Shown here piece after piece: positions 1 to 15,299 of a DNA stretch of 64,000 bases (position 1 is its first letter; every line of letters starts with the position of its first letter). The stretch lies in assembly GCF_964355755.1 (NCBI RefSeq), contig NC_092670.1, positions 28,322,388-28,386,387 of the forward strand, read 5' to 3'. The notes beneath the pieces were generated by a model that ran no database searches, was not told the origin of the DNA, and saw only the letters and a program-made list of their open reading frames with translations. Source of the stretch: Antedon mediterranea. Taxonomy: Eukaryota; Animalia; Echinodermata. Position numbers and translations under genes: made by a program.

Positions 1-3000
1 AAAATCACAAAATGGTCTAAAAAGTCTACAAATGCGATTTGAAGCTATTCTAAGCACTTTGGTGTTTTTATGTTAACAAGTTTTTTCGAAAATCACAAAA
101 TGGTATAAAACGTCTCCAAATGCGATTTGAAGCTATTTTAAGCACTTTGGTGTTTTTGTGTAACCAAGTTTTTTCGAAAATCACAAAAGGGTCTAAAATG
201 TCTCAAAATGCGATTTGAAGCTATTCTGTACACTTTGATGTTTTTATGTTAACAACTTTTTTAGAAAATCACAAAATGGTCTAAAACGTCTCCAAATACG
301 ATTTGAAGCAATTCTAAGCACTTTGGTGTTTTTATGGTAACGAGTTTTTTTGAATATCACAAAATGGTCTAAAATGTCTCCAAATGCGATTTGAAGCTTT
401 TCTAAGCACTTTGGTGTTTTCATGTTAACAAGTTTTTTCGAAAATCACAAAATGGTCTAAAACGTCTCCAAATGCGATTTGAAGCTATTCTGTACACTTT
501 GCTGTTTTGTGTGAATAATTTTTGTCGAAATGCTCAAAATGGTCAAAAACGTTTTTAAATACGATATTAAGCTATTTTGTGCTCTTTGATGTTTTTGTGT
601 GAAAAGTTTTATCGAAATGCTCAAAATGGTCTAAAACGGTTTCTAATGTGATTTTAAGCACTTTGATGTTTTTATGTTAACAACTTTTTTAGAAAATCAC
701 AAAATGGTCTAAAACGTCTCCAAATGCGATTTGAAGCAATTCTAAGCACTTTGGTGTTTGGCGTTTTTAACGAGTTTTTTTGAATATCACAAAATGGTCT
801 AAAATGTCTCCAAATGCGATTTGAAGCTTTTCTAAGCACTTTGGTGTTTTTATGTTTACAAGTTTTTTCGAAAATCACAAAATGGTCTAAAACGGCTCCA
901 AATGCGATTTGAAGCTATTTTAAGCACTTTGCTGTTTTGTGTGAATAATTTTTGTCAAAATGCTCAAAATGGTCAAAAACGTTTTTAAATACTATATTAA
1001 GCTATTTTGTGCTCTTTGATGTTTTTGTGTGAAAAGTTTTATCGAAATGCTCAAAATGGTCTAAAACGGTTTCTAATGTGATTTTAAGCACTTTGATGTT
1101 TTTATGTTAAGAACTTTTTTAGAAAATTACAAAATGGTGTAAAACGTCTCCAAATGCGATTTGAAGCTATTCTAAGCAATTTGGTGTTTTTATGTTAACA
1201 AGTTTTTTCGAAAATCACAAAATGGTCTAAAACGTCTCCAAATGCGATCTGAAGCTATTCTAAGCACTTTTGTGTTTTTATGTTAACAAGTTTTTTCGAA
1301 AATCACAAAATGGTCTAAAATGTCTCCAAATGCGATTTGAAGCTTTTCTAAGCACTTTGGTGTTTTTATGTTTACAAGTTTTTTTCGAAAATCACAAAAT
1401 GGTCTAAAACGTCTCCAAATGCGATTTGAAGCTATTCTGTACACTTTGCTGTTTTGTGTGAATAATTTTTGTCAAAATGCTCAAAATGGTCAAAAACATT
1501 TTTAAAAACTATATTAAGCTATTTTGTGTTCTTTGATGTTTTTGTGTGAAAAGTTTTTTCGAAATGCTCAAAATGGTCTAAAACGGTTTCTAATGTGATT
1601 TTAAGCACTTTGATGTTTTTATGTTAACAACTTTTTTAGAAAATTACAAAATGGTCTAAAACGTCTCCAAATGCGATTTGAAGCTATTCTAAGCACTTTG
1701 GTGTTTTTATGGTAATTTATTTCGAAAATCACAAAATGGTCTAAAACATCTCCAAATGCGATTTTAAGCTATTCTAAGCACTTTGGTGTTTTTATGTTAA
1801 CAAGTTTTTTCGAAAATCACAAAAATAGTCTAAAACGTCTCCAAATGCGATTTGAAGCTATTCTAAGCACTTTGGTGTTTTTATGTTAACAAGTTTTTTC
1901 GAAAATCACAAAATGGTGTAAAACGTCTCCAAATGCGATTTGAAGCTATTGTAAGCACTTTGGTGTTTTTATGTTAACAAGTTTTTTTGAAAATCACAAA
2001 ATGGTGTAAAACGTCTCCAAATGCGATTTTAAGCTATTCTAAGCAATTTGGTGTTTTTATGTTAACAAGTTTTTTCGAAAATCACAAAATGGTCTAAAAC
2101 GTCTCCAAATGCGATTTGAAGCTATTCTGTACACTTTACTGTTTTTTCTGAATAATTTTTGTCGAAATGCTCAAAATGGTCAAAAACGTTTTCAAATACG
2201 ATATTAAGCTATTTTGTGCTCTTTGATGTTTTTGTGTGAAAAGTTTTATCGAAATGCTTAAAATGTTCTAAAACGGTTTCTAATGTGATTTTAAGCACTT
2301 TGATGTTTTTATGTTAACGAATTTTTTCGAAAATCACAAAATGGTCTAAAATGTCTCCAAATGCGATTTCAAGCTATTCTTAGCACTTTGGTGTTTTATG
2401 TTAACAAGTTTTTTCGAAAATCACAAAATGGTCTAAAACGTCTCCAAATGCGATTTGAAGCTTTTCTAAGCTTACTTTGGTGTTTTTATGTTTAGGAGTT
2501 TTTTCGAAAATCACAAAATGGTCTAAAACGTCTCCAAATTCGATTTGAAGCTATTCTAAGCACTTTGGTGTTTTTATGTTAACAACTTTTTTAGAAAATC
2601 ACAAAATGGTCTAAAACGGTTTCTAATGTGATTTTAAGCACTTTGATGTTTTTATGTTAACAACTTTTTTAGAAAATCACAAAATGGTCTAAAACGTCTC
2701 CAAATGCGATTTGAAGCAATTCTAAGCACTTTGGTGTTTTTATGGTAACGAGTTTTTTTGAATATCACAAAATGGTCTAAAATGTCTCCAAATGCGATTT
2801 GAAGCTTTTCTAAGCACTTTGGTGTTTTTATGTTTACAAGTTTTTTTCGAAAATCACAAAATGGTCTAAAACGGCTCCAAATGCGATTTGAAGCTATTCT
2901 AAGCACTTTGGTGTTTTTATGTTAACAAGTTTTTTCGAAAATCACAAAATGGTCTAAAATGTCTCCAAATGCGATTTGAAGCTTTTCTAAGCACTTTGGT

Positions 3001-6000
3001 GTTTTTATGTTTACAAGTTTTTTCGAAAATCACAAAATGGTCTAAAACGGCTCCAAATGCGATTTGAAGCTATTTTAAGCACTTTGGTGTTTTTGTGTAA
3101 CCAAGTTTTTTCGAAAATCACAAAAGGGTCTAAAATGTCTCAAAATGCGATTTGAAGCTATTCTGTACACTTTGATGTTTTTATGTTAACAAGTTTTTCG
3201 AAAGTCACAAAATGGTCTAAAACGTCTCCAAATGCGATTTGAAGCTATTCTAAGCACTTTGGTGTTTTTATGTTAACAAGTTTTTTCGAAAATCACAAAA
3301 TGCTCTAAAACGTCTCCAAATGCGATTTGAAGCTATTCTGTACACTTTACTGTTTTTTGTGAATAATTTTTGTCGAAATGCTCAAAATGGTCAAAAACGT
3401 TTTTAAATACGATATTAAGCTATTTTGTGCTCTTTGATGTTTTTGTGTGAAAAGTTTTATCGAAATGCTCCAAATGTTCTAAAACGGTTTCTAATGTGAT
3501 TTTAAGCACTTTGATGTTTTTATGTTAACGAATTTTTTCGAAAATCACAAAATGGTCTAAAATGTCTCCAAATGCGATTTCAAGCTATTCTTAGCACTTT
3601 GGTGTTTTTATGTTAACAAGTTTTTTCGAAAATCACAAAATGGTCTAAAACGTCTCCAAATGCGATTTTAAGCTATTCTAAGCAATTTGGTGTTTTTATG
3701 TTAACAAGTTTTTTCGAAAATCACAAAATGGTCTAAAACGTCTCCAAATGCGATTTGAAGCTTTTCTAAGCTTACTTTGGTGTTTTTATGTTTAGGAGTT
3801 TTTTCGAAAATCACAAAATGGTCTAAAACGTCTCCAAATTCGATTTGAAGCTATTCTAAGCACTTTGGTGTTTTTATGTTAACAACTTTTTTAGAAAATC
3901 ACAAAATGGTCTAAAACGGTTTCTAATGTGATTTTAAGCACTTTGATGTTTTTATGTTAACAACTTTTTTAGAAAATCACAAAATGGTCTAAAACGTCTC
4001 CAAATGCGATTTGAAGCAATTCTAAGCACTTTGGTGTTTTTATGGTAACGAGTTTTTTTGAATATCACAAAATGGTCTAAAATGTCTCCAAATGCGATTT
4101 GAAGCTTTTCTAAGCACTTTGGTGTTTTTATGTTTACAAGTTTTTTTCGAAAATCACAAAATGGTCTAAAACGGCTCCAAATGCGATTTGAAGCTATTCT
4201 AAGCACTTTGGTGTTTTTATGTTAACAAGTTTTTTCGAAAATCACAAAATGGTCTAAAACGTCTCCAAATGCGATTTGAAGCTATTCTGTACACTTTGCT
4301 GTTTTGTGTGAATAATTTTTTGTCGAAATGCTCAAAATGGTCAAAAACGTTTTTAAAAACGATATTAAGCTATTTTGTGCTCTTTGATGTTTTTGTGTGA
4401 AAAGTTTTATCGAAATGCTCAAAATGGTCTAAAACGGTTTCTAATGTGATTTTAAGCACTTTGATGTTTTTATGTTAACGAGTTTTTTCGAAAATCACAA
4501 AATGGTCTAAAATGTCTCCAAATGCGATTTCAAGCTATTCTTAGCACTTTGGTGTTTTTATGTTAACAAGTTTTTTCGAAAATCACAAAATGGTATAAAA
4601 CGTCTCCAAATGCGATTTTAAGCTATTCTAAGCAATTTGGTGTTTTTATGTTAACAAGTTTTTTCGAAAATCACAAAATGGTCTAAAATGTCTCCAAATG
4701 CGATTTTAAGGTATTCTAAGCACTTTGGTGTTTTTATGTTAACAAGTTTTTTCGAAAATCACAAAATGGTCTAAAAAGTCTACAAATGCGATTTGAAGCT
4801 ATTCTAAGCACTTTGGTGTTTTTATGTTAACAAGTTTTTTCGAAAATCACAAAATGGTATAAAACGTCTCCAAATGCGATTTGAAGCTATTTTAAGCACT
4901 TTGGTGTTTTTGTGTAACCAAGTTTTTTCGAAAATCACAAAAGGGTCTAAAATGTCTCAAAATGCGATTTGAAGCTATTCTGTACACTTTGATGTTTTTA
5001 TGTTAACAACTTTTTTAGAAAATCACAAAATGGTCTAAAACGTCTCCAAATACGATTTGAAGCAATTCTAAGCACTTTGGTGTTTTTATGGTAACGAGTT
5101 TTTTTGAATATCACAAAATGGTCTAAAATGTCTCCAAATGCGATTTGAAGCTTTTCTAAGCACTTTGGTGTTTTCATGTTAACAAGTTTTTTCGAAAATC
5201 ACAAAATGGTCTAAAACGTCTCCAAATGCGATTTGAAGCTATTCTGTACACTTTGCTGTTTTGTGTGAATAATTTTTGTCGAAATGCTCAAAATGGTCAA
5301 AAACGTTTTTAAATACGATATTAAGCTATTTTGTGCTCTTTGATGTTTTTGTGTGAAAAGTTTTATCGAAATGCTCAAAATGGTCTAAAACGGTTTCTAA
5401 TGTGATTTTAAGCACTTTGATGTTTTTATGTTAACAACTTTTTTAGAAAATCACAAAATGGTCTAAAACGTCTCCAAATGCGATTTGAAGCAATTCTAAG
5501 CACTTTGGTGTTTGGCGTTTTTAACGAGTTTTTTTGAATATCACAAAATGGTCTAAAATGTCTCCAAATGCGATTTGAAGCTTTTCTAAGCACTTTGGTG
5601 TTTTTATGTTTACAAGTTTTTTCGAAAATCACAAAATGGTCTAAAACGGCTCCAAATGCGATTTGAAGCTATTTTAAGCACTTTGCTGTTTTGTGTGAAT
5701 AATTTTTGTCAAAATGCTCAAAATGGTCAAAAACGTTTTTAAATACTATATTAAGCTATTTTGTGCTCTTTGATGTTTTTGTGTGAAAAGTTTTATCGAA
5801 ATGCTCAAAATGGTCTAAAACGGTTTCTAATGTGATTTTAAGCACTTTGATGTTTTTATGTTAAGAACTTTTTTAGAAAATTACAAAATGGTGTAAAACG
5901 TCTCCAAATGCGATTTGAAGCTATTCTAAGCAATTTGGTGTTTTTATGTTAACAAGTTTTTTCGAAAATCACAAAATGGTCTAAAACGTCTCCAAATGCG

Positions 6001-9000
6001 ATCTGAAGCTATTCTAAGCACTTTTGTGTTTTTATGTTAACAAGTTTTTTCGAAAATCACAAAATGGTCTAAAATGTCTCCAAATGCGATTTGAAGCTTT
6101 TCTAAGCACTTTGGTGTTTTTATGTTTACAAGTTTTTTTCGAAAATCACAAAATGGTCTAAAACGTCTCCAAATGCGATTTGAAGCTATTCTGTACACTT
6201 TGCTGTTTTGTGTGAATAATTTTTGTCAAAATGCTCAAAATGGTCAAAAACATTTTTAAAAACTATATTAAGCTATTTTGTGTTCTTTGATGTTTTTGTG
6301 TGAAAAGTTTTTTCGAAATGCTCAAAATGGTCTAAAACGGTTTCTAATGTGATTTTAAGCACTTTGATGTTTTTATGTTAACAACTTTTTTAGAAAATTA
6401 CAAAATGGTCTAAAACGTCTCCAAATGCGATTTGAAGCTATTCTAAGCACTTTGGTGTTTTTATGGTAATTTATTTCGAAAATCACAAAATGGTCTAAAA
6501 CATCTCCAAATGCGATTTTAAGCTATTCTAAGCACTTTGGTGTTTTTATGTTAACAAGTTTTTTCGAAAATCACAAAAATAGTCTAAAACGTCTCCAAAT
6601 GCGATTTGAAGCTATTCTAAGCACTTTGGTGTTTTTATGTTAACAAGTTTTTTCGAAAATCACAAAATGGTGTAAAACGTCTCCAAATGCGATTTGAAGC
6701 TATTGTAAGCACTTTGGTGTTTTTATGTTAACAAGTTTTTTTGAAAATCACAAAATGGTGTAAAACGTCTCCAAATGCGATTTTAAGCTATTCTAAGCAA
6801 TTTGGTGTTTTTATGTTAACAAGTTTTTTCGAAAATCACAAAATGGTCTAAAACGTCTCCAAATGCGATTTGAAGCTATTCTGTACACTTTACTGTTTTT
6901 TCTGAATAATTTTTGTCGAAATGCTCAAAATGGTCAAAAACGTTTTCAAATACGATATTAAGCTATTTTGTGCTCTTTGATGTTTTTGTGTGAAAAGTTT
7001 TATCGAAATGCTTAAAATGTTCTAAAACGGTTTCTAATGTGATTTTAAGCACTTTGATGTTTTTATGTTAACGAATTTTTTCGAAAATCACAAAATGGTC
7101 TAAAATGTCTCCAAATGCGATTTCAAGCTATTCTTAGCACTTTGGTGTTTTATGTTAACAAGTTTTTTCGAAAATCACAAAATGGTCTAAAACGTCTCCA
7201 AATGCGATTTGAAGCTTTTCTAAGCTTACTTTGGTGTTTTTATGTTTAGGAGTTTTTTCGAAAATCACAAAATGGTCTAAAACGTCTCCAAATTCGATTT
7301 GAAGCTATTCTAAGCACTTTGGTGTTTTTATGTTAACAACTTTTTTAGAAAATCACAAAATGGTCTAAAACGGTTTCTAATGTGATTTTAAGCACTTTGA
7401 TGTTTTTATGTTAACAACTTTTTTAGAAAATCACAAAATGGTCTAAAACGTCTCCAAATGCGATTTGAAGCAATTCTAAGCACTTTGGTGTTTTTATGGT
7501 AACGAGTTTTTTTGAATATCACAAAATGGTCTAAAATGTCTCCAAATGCGATTTGAAGCTTTTCTAAGCACTTTGGTGTTTTTATGTTTACAAGTTTTTT
7601 TCGAAAATCACAAAATGGTCTAAAACGGCTCCAAATGCGATTTGAAGCTATTCTAAGCACTTTGGTGTTTTTATGTTAACAAGTTTTTTCGAAAATCACA
7701 AAATGGTCTAAAATGTCTCCAAATGCGATTTGAAGCTTTTCTAAGCACTTTGGTGTTTTTATGTTTACAAGTTTTTTCGAAAATCACAAAATGGTCTAAA
7801 ACGGCTCCAAATGCGATTTGAAGCTATTTTAAGCACTTTGGTGTTTTTGTGTAACCAAGTTTTTTCGAAAATCACAAAAGGGTCTAAAATGTCTCAAAAT
7901 GCGATTTGAAGCTATTCTGTACACTTTGATGTTTTTATGTTAACAAGTTTTTCGAAAGTCACAAAATGGTCTAAAACGTCTCCAAATGCGATTTGAAGCT
8001 ATTCTAAGCACTTTGGTGTTTTTATGTTAACAAGTTTTTTCGAAAATCACAAAATGCTCTAAAACGTCTCCAAATGCGATTTGAAGCTATTCTGTACACT
8101 TTACTGTTTTTTGTGAATAATTTTTGTCGAAATGCTCAAAATGGTCAAAAACGTTTTTAAATACGATATTAAGCTATTTTGTGCTCTTTGATGTTTTTGT
8201 GTGAAAAGTTTTATCGAAATGCTCCAAATGTTCTAAAACGGTTTCTAATGTGATTTTAAGCACTTTGATGTTTTTATGTTAACGAATTTTTTCGAAAATC
8301 ACAAAATGGTCTAAAATGTCTCCAAATGCGATTTCAAGCTATTCTTAGCACTTTGGTGTTTTTATGTTAACAAGTTTTTTCGAAAATCACAAAATGGTCT
8401 AAAACGTCTCCAAATGCGATTTTAAGCTATTCTAAGCAATTTGGTGTTTTTATGTTAACAAGTTTTTTCGAAAATCACAAAATGGTCTAAAACGTCTCCA
8501 AATGCGATTTGAAGCTTTTCTAAGCTTACTTTGGTGTTTTTATGTTTAGGAGTTTTTTCGAAAATCACAAAATGGTCTAAAACGTCTCCAAATTCGATTT
8601 AAAGCTATTCTAAGCACTTTGGTGTTTTTATGTTAACAACTTTTTTAGAAAATCACAAAATGGTCTAAAACGGTTTCTAATGTGATTTTAAGCACTTTGA
8701 TGTTTTTATGTTAACAACTTTTTTAGAAAATCACAAAATGGTCTAAAACGTCTCCAAATGCGATTTGAAGCAATTCTAAGCACTTTGGTGTTTTTATGGT
8801 AACGAGTTTTTTTGAATATCACAAAATGGTCTAAAATGTCTCCAAATGCGATTTAAAGCTTTTCTAAGCACTTTGGTGTTTTTATGTTTACAAGTTTTTT
8901 TCGAAAATCACAAAATGGTCTAAAACGGCTCCAAATGCGATTTGAAGCTATTCTAAGCACTTTGGTGTTTTTATGTTAACAAGTTTTTTCGAAAATCACA

Positions 9001-9315
9001 AAATGGTCTAAAACGTCTCCAAATGCGATTTGAAGCTATTCTGTACACTTTGCTGTTTTGTGTGAATAATTTTTTGTCGAAATGCTCAAAATGGTCAAAA
9101 ACGTTTTTAAAAACGATATTAAGCTATTTTGTGCTCTTTGATGTTTTTGTGTGAAAAGTTTTATCGAAATGCTCAAAATGATCTAAAACGGTTTCTAATG
9201 TGATTTTAAGCACTTTGATGTTTTTATGTTAACGAGTTTTTTCGAAAATCACAAAATGGTCTAAAATGTCTCCAAATGCGATTTCAAGCTATTCTTAGCA
9301 CTTTGGTGTTTTTAT
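1..9315. repeat. 4754-bp higher-order duplication within the satellite (1-~4560 matches 4755-~9315)
   Basis: Rare marker ctaaaaagtctacaa occurs in the monomers starting at 1 and 4755. Marker ggtgtttggcgtttttaacg occurs at ~753 and ~5507. ORF-track offsets 672/5426 and 2652/7406 both equal 4754. Confidence 0.9.
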
Positions 9316-12300
9316 GTTTACAAGTTTTTTCGAAAATCACAAAATGGTCTAAAACGTCGCCAAATGCGATTTGAAGCACTTTGGTGTTTTTATGGTAATT
9401 TATTTCGAAAATCACAAAATTGTCTAAAACATCTCCAAATGCGATTTTAAACTATTCTAAGCACTTTGGTGTTTTTATGTTAACAAGTTTTTTCGAAAAT
9501 CACAAAATGGTCTAAAATGTCTCCAAATGTGATTTGAAGCTTTTCTAAGCACTTTGGTGTTTTTATGTTTACAAGTTTTTTCGAAAATCACAAAATGGTC
9601 TAAAACGTCTCCAAATGCGATTTGAAGCTATTCTAAGCACTTTTGTGTTTTTATGTTAACAAGTTTTTTCGAAAATCACAAAATGGTCGAAAATGTCACA
9701 AAATGCGATTTGAAGCTATTCTGTACACTTTGCTGTTTTGTGTGAATAATTTTTTTCGAAAATCACAAAATGGTCGAAAATGTCACAAAATGCGATTTTA
9801 AGCTATTCTAAGCACTTTGGTGTTTTTATGTTAACAAGTTTTTTCGAAAATCACAAAATGGTCTAAAACGTCTCCAAATGCGATTTGAAGCTATTCTGTA
9901 CACTTTGCTGTTTTGTGAGAATAATTTTTGTCGAAATGCTCAAAATGGTCAAAAACGTTTTTAAATACGATATTAAGCTATTTTGTGCTCTTTGATGTTT
10001 TTGTGTGAAAAGTTTTATCGAAATGCTCAAAATGGTCTAAAACGGTTTCTAATGTGATTTTAAGCACTTTGATGTTTTTATGTTAACAACTTTTTTAGAA
10101 AATTACAAAATGGTGTAAAACGTCTCCAAATGCGATTTGAAGCTATTCTAAGCAATTTGGTGTTTTTATGTTAACAAGTTTTTTCGAAAATCACAAAATG
10201 GTCTAAAACGTCTCCAAATGCGATTTGAAGCTATTCTAAGCACTTTTGTGTTTTTATGTTAACAAGTTTTTTCGAAAATCACAAAATGGTCTAAAATGTC
10301 TCCAAATGCGATTTTAAGGTATTCTAAGCACTTTGGTGTTTTTATGTTAACAAGTTTTTTCGAAAATCACAAAATGGTCTAAAACGTCTACAAATGCGAT
10401 TTGAAGCTATTCTAAGCACTTTGGTGTTTTTATGTTAACAAGTTTTTTCGAAAATCACAAAATGGTATAAAACGTCTCCAAATGCGATTTGAAGATTTTC
10501 TAAGCACTTTGGTGTTTTTATGTTTACAAGTTTTTTCGAAAATCACAAAATGGTCTAAAACGTCTCCAAATGCGATTTGAAGCTATTCTGTACACTTTGC
10601 TGTTTTGTGTGAATAATTTTGTCAAAATGCTCAAAATGGTCAAAAACGTTTTTAAATACTATATTAAGCTATTTTGTGTTCTTTGATGTTTTTGTGTGAA
10701 AAGTTTTATCGAAATGCTCAAAATGGTCTAAAACGGTTTCTAATGAAATGATTTTAAGAACTTTGATGTTTTTATGTTAACAACTTTTTTAGAAAATCAC
10801 AAAATGGTCTAAAACGTCTCCAAATGCGATTTGAAGCAATTCTAAGCACTTTGGTGTTTTTATGTTAACAAGTTTTTTCGAAAATCACAAAATGGTATAA
10901 AACCTCTCCAAATGCGATTTTAAGGTATTCTAAGCACTTTGGTGTTTTTATGTTAACAAGTTTTTTCGAAAATCACAAAATGGTCTAAAACGTCTACAAA
11001 TGCGATTTGAAGCTATTCTAAGCACTTTGGTGTTTTTATGTTAACAAGTTTTTTCGAAAATCACAAAATGGTCTAAAACGTCTCCAAATGCGATTTGAAG
11101 CTATTCTGTACACTTTGCTGTTTTGTGTGAATAATTTTTGTCGAAATGCTCAAAATGGTCAAAAACGTTTTTAAAAACGATATTAAGCTATTTTGTGCTC
11201 TTTGATGTTTTTGTGTGAAAAGTTTTATCGAAATGCTCAAAATGGTCTAAAACGGTTTCTAATGTGATTTTAAGCACTTTGATGTTTTTATGTTAACGAG
11301 TTTTTTCGAAAATCACAAAATGGTCTAAAATGTCTCCAAATGCGATTTCAAGCTATTCTTAGCACTTTGGTGTTTTTATGTTAACAACTTTTTTAGAAAA
11401 TTACAAAATGGTCTAAAACGTCTCCAAATGCGATTTGAAGCAATTCTAAGCACTTTGGTGTTTTTTATGTTAACAATTTTTTCGAAAATCACAAAATGGT
11501 CTAAAACGTCTCCAAAATGCGATTTGAAGCTATTCTAAGGACTTTGGTGTTTTTATGTTAACAAGTTTTTTCGAAAATCACAAAATGGTATAAAACGTCT
11601 CCAAATGCGATTTTAAGGTATTTTAAGCACTTTGATGTTTTTATGTTAACGAGTTTTTTCGAAAATCACAAAATGGTCTAAAACGTCTCCAAATGCGATT
11701 TGAAGCTATTCTAAGCACTTTGGTGTTTTTATGTTAACAAGTTTTTTCGAAAATCACAAAATGGTATAAAACGTTTCCAAATGCGATTTTAAGCTATTCT
11801 AAGCACTTTTGTGTTTTTATGTTAACAAGTTTTTTCGAAAATCACAAAATGGTCTAAAATGTCTCAAAATGCGATTTGAAGCTATTCTGTACACTTTGAT
11901 GTTTTTATGTTAACAAGTTTTTCGAAAGTCACAAAATGGTCTAAAACGTCTCCAAATGCGATTTGAAGCTATTTTAAGCACTTTGGTGTTTTTGTGGAAC
12001 CAAGTTTTTTCGAAAATCACAAAAGGGTCTATAATGTCTCAAAAAGCGATTTGAAGCTATTCTGTACACTTTGATGTTTTTATGTTAACAAGTTTTTTCG
12101 AAAATCACAAAATGGTCTAAAACGTCTCCAAATGCGATTTGAAGCTATTCTGTACACTTTGCTGTTTAGTGTGAATAATTTTTGTCAAAATGCTCAAAAT
12201 GGTCAAAAACGTTTTTAAATACTATATTAAGCTATTTTGTGCTCTTTGATGTTTTTATGTTAACAAGTTTTTTCGAAAATCACAAAATGGTCTAAAACGT

Positions 12301-15299
12301 CTCCAAATGCGATTTGAAGCTATTCTAAGCACTTTGGTGTTTTTATGTTAACAAGTTTTTTCGAAAATCACAAAATGGTCTAAAACGTCTTCAAATGCGA
12401 TTTGAAGCTATTCTGTACACTTTGATGTTTTGTGTGAAAAGGTTTTATCGAAATGCTCAAAATGGTCTAAAACGGTTTCTAATGTGATTTTAAGCACTTT
12501 GATGTTTTTATGTTAACAACTTTTTTAGAAAATCACAAAATGGTCTAAAACGTCTCCAAATGCGATTTGAAGCAATTATAAGCACTTTGGTGTTTTTATG
12601 GTAACGAGTTATTTCGAAAATCACAAAATGGTCTAAAACGTCTCCAAATGCGATTTTAAGAAATTCTAAGCACTTTGGTGTTTTTATGTTAACAAGTTTT
12701 TTCGAAAATCACAAAATGGTCTAAAACGTCTCCAAATGCGATTTGAAGCTATTTTAAGCACTTTGGTGTTTTTGTGTAACCAAGTTTTTTCGAAAATCAC
12801 AAAATGGTCTAAAACGTCTCCAAATTCGATTTGAAGCTATTCTGTACACTTTGCTGTTTTGTGTGAATAATTTTTGTCGAAATGCTCAAAATTGTCAAAA
12901 ACGTTTTAAATACGATATTAAGCTATTTTGTGCTCTTTGATGTTTTTGTGTGAAAAGTTTTATCGAAATGCTCAAAATGGTCTAAAACGGTTTCTAATGT
13001 GATTTTAAGCACTTTGGTGTTTTTATGTTAACAAGTTTTTTCGAAAATCACAAAATGGTCTAAAACGTCTCCAAATGTGATTTGAAGCTATTCTAAACAC
13101 TTTGGTGTTTTTATGTTAACAAGTTTTTTCGAAAATCACAAATTGGTCTAAAACGTCTCCAAATACGATTTGAAGCTATTTTAAGCACTTTGGTGTTTTT
13201 GTGTAACCAAATTTTTTCGAAAATCACAAAAGGGTCTAAAATGTCTCAAAATGCGATTTGAAGCTATTCTGTACACTTTGATGTTTTTATGTTAACAAGT
13301 TTTTTCGAAAGTCACAAAATTGTCTAAAACGTCTCCAAAATGCGATTTGAAGCTATTCTAAGCACTTTGGTGTTTTTATGTTAACAAGTTTTTTCGAAAA
13401 TCACAAAATGGTATAAAACGTCTCCAAATGCGATTTTAAGGTATTTTAAGCACTTTGATGTTTTTATGTTAACGAGTTTTTTCGAAAATCACAAAATGGT
13501 CTAAAACGTCTCCAAATGCGATTTGAAGCAATTATAAGCACTTTGGTGTTTTTATGGTAACGAGTTATTTCGAAAATCACAAAATGGTCTAAAATGTCTC
13601 CAAATGCGATTTCAAGCTATTCTTAGCACTTTGGTGTTTTTATGTTAACAAGTTTTTTCGAAAATCACAAAAGGGTCTAAAACGTCTCCAAATGCGATTT
13701 GAAGCTATTCTAAGCAATTTGGTGTTTTTGTGTAACCAAGTTTTTTCGAAAATCACAAAAGGGTCTAAAATGTCTCAAAATGCGATTTGAAGCTATTCTG
13801 TACACTTTGATGTTTTTATGTTAACAAGTTTTTTCGAAAGTCACAAAATGGTCTAAAACGTCTCCAAATGCGATTTGAAGCTATTCTAAGCACTTTGGTG
13901 TTTTTATGTTAAGAAGTTTTTTCGAAAATCACAAAATGGTGTAAAACGTCTCCAAATGCGATTTGAAGCTATTCTAAGCACTTTGGTGTTTTTATGTTAA
14001 CAAGTTTTTTCGAAAATCACAAAATGGTCTAAAACGTCTCCAAATGGGATTTGAAGCTATTTTAAGCACTTTGGTGTTTTTGTGGAACCAAATTTTTTCG
14101 AAATTCACAAAAGGGTCTATAATGTCTCAAAAAGCGATTTGAAGCTATTCTGTACACTTTGATGTTTTTATGTTAACAAGTTTTTTCGAAAATCACAAAA
14201 TGCTCTAAAACGTCTCCAAATGCGATTTGAAGCTATTCTAAGCACTTTGGTGTTTTTATGTTAACAAGTTTTTTCGAAAATCACAAAATGGTATAAAACG
14301 TCTCCAAATGCGATTTTAAGGTATTCTAAGCACTTTGGTGTTTTTATGTTAACAAGTTTTTTCGAAAATCACAAAATGGTCTAAAACGTCTCCAAATGCG
14401 ATTTGAAGCTATTCTGTACACTTTGCTGTTTTGTGTGAATAATTTTTGTTAAAATGCTCAAAATGGTCAAAAACGTTTTTAAATACTATATTAAGCTATT
14501 TTGTGTTCTTTGATGTTTTTGTGTGAAAAGTTTTATCGAAATGCTCAAAATGGTCTAAAACGGTTTCTAATGTGATTTTAAGCACTTTGGTGTTTTTATG
14601 TTAACAAGTTTTTTTCAAAAATCACAAAATGGTCTAAAACGTCTACAAATGTGATTTGAAGCTATTCTAAACACTTTGGTGTTTTTATGTTAACAAGTTT
14701 TTTCGAAAATCACAAATTGGTCTAAAACGTCTCCAAATGCGATTTGAAGCTATTTTAAGCACTTTGGTGTTTTTGTGTAACCAAGTTTTTTTCGAAAATC
14801 ACAAAAGGGTCTAAAATGTCTCAAAATGCGATTTGAAGCTATTCTGTACACTTTGATGTTTTTATGTTAACACGTTTTTTCGAAAATCACAAAATGGTCT
14901 AAAACGTCTCCAAATGCGATTTGAAGCTATTCTAAGCACTTTGGTGTTTTTATGGTAATTTATTTCGAAAATCACAAAATGGTCTAAAATGTCTCCAAAT
15001 GCGATTTGAAGCTTTTCTAAGCACTTTGGTGTTTTTATGTTTACAAGTTTTTTCGAAAATCACAAAATGGTCTAAAACGGCTCCAAATGCGATTTGAAGC
15101 TATTCTAAGCACTTTGGTGTTTTTATGGTAATTTATTTCGAAAATCACAAAATGGTCTAAAATGTCTCCAAATGCGATTTGAAGCTTTTCTAAGCACTTT
15201 GGTGTTTTTATGTTTACAAGTTTTTTCGAAAATCACAAAATGGTCTAAAACGGCTCCAAATACGATTTGAAGCTATTCTAAGCACTTTGGTGTTTTTAT

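Noticed and set aside
80-105. CENP-B box in the satellite (TTCG core)
   Set aside because: TTCGAAAATCACAAA lacks the downstream A..CGGG residues.
672-7660. Repeated 68-84 aa minus-strand ORFs (RIASNRIWRRFRPFCDF...), also at 28508, 33182-38174, 59022 and 63696
   Set aside because: Incidental translations of the 88-bp satellite; monomer length is not a multiple of 3 and the frames are riddled with stops.
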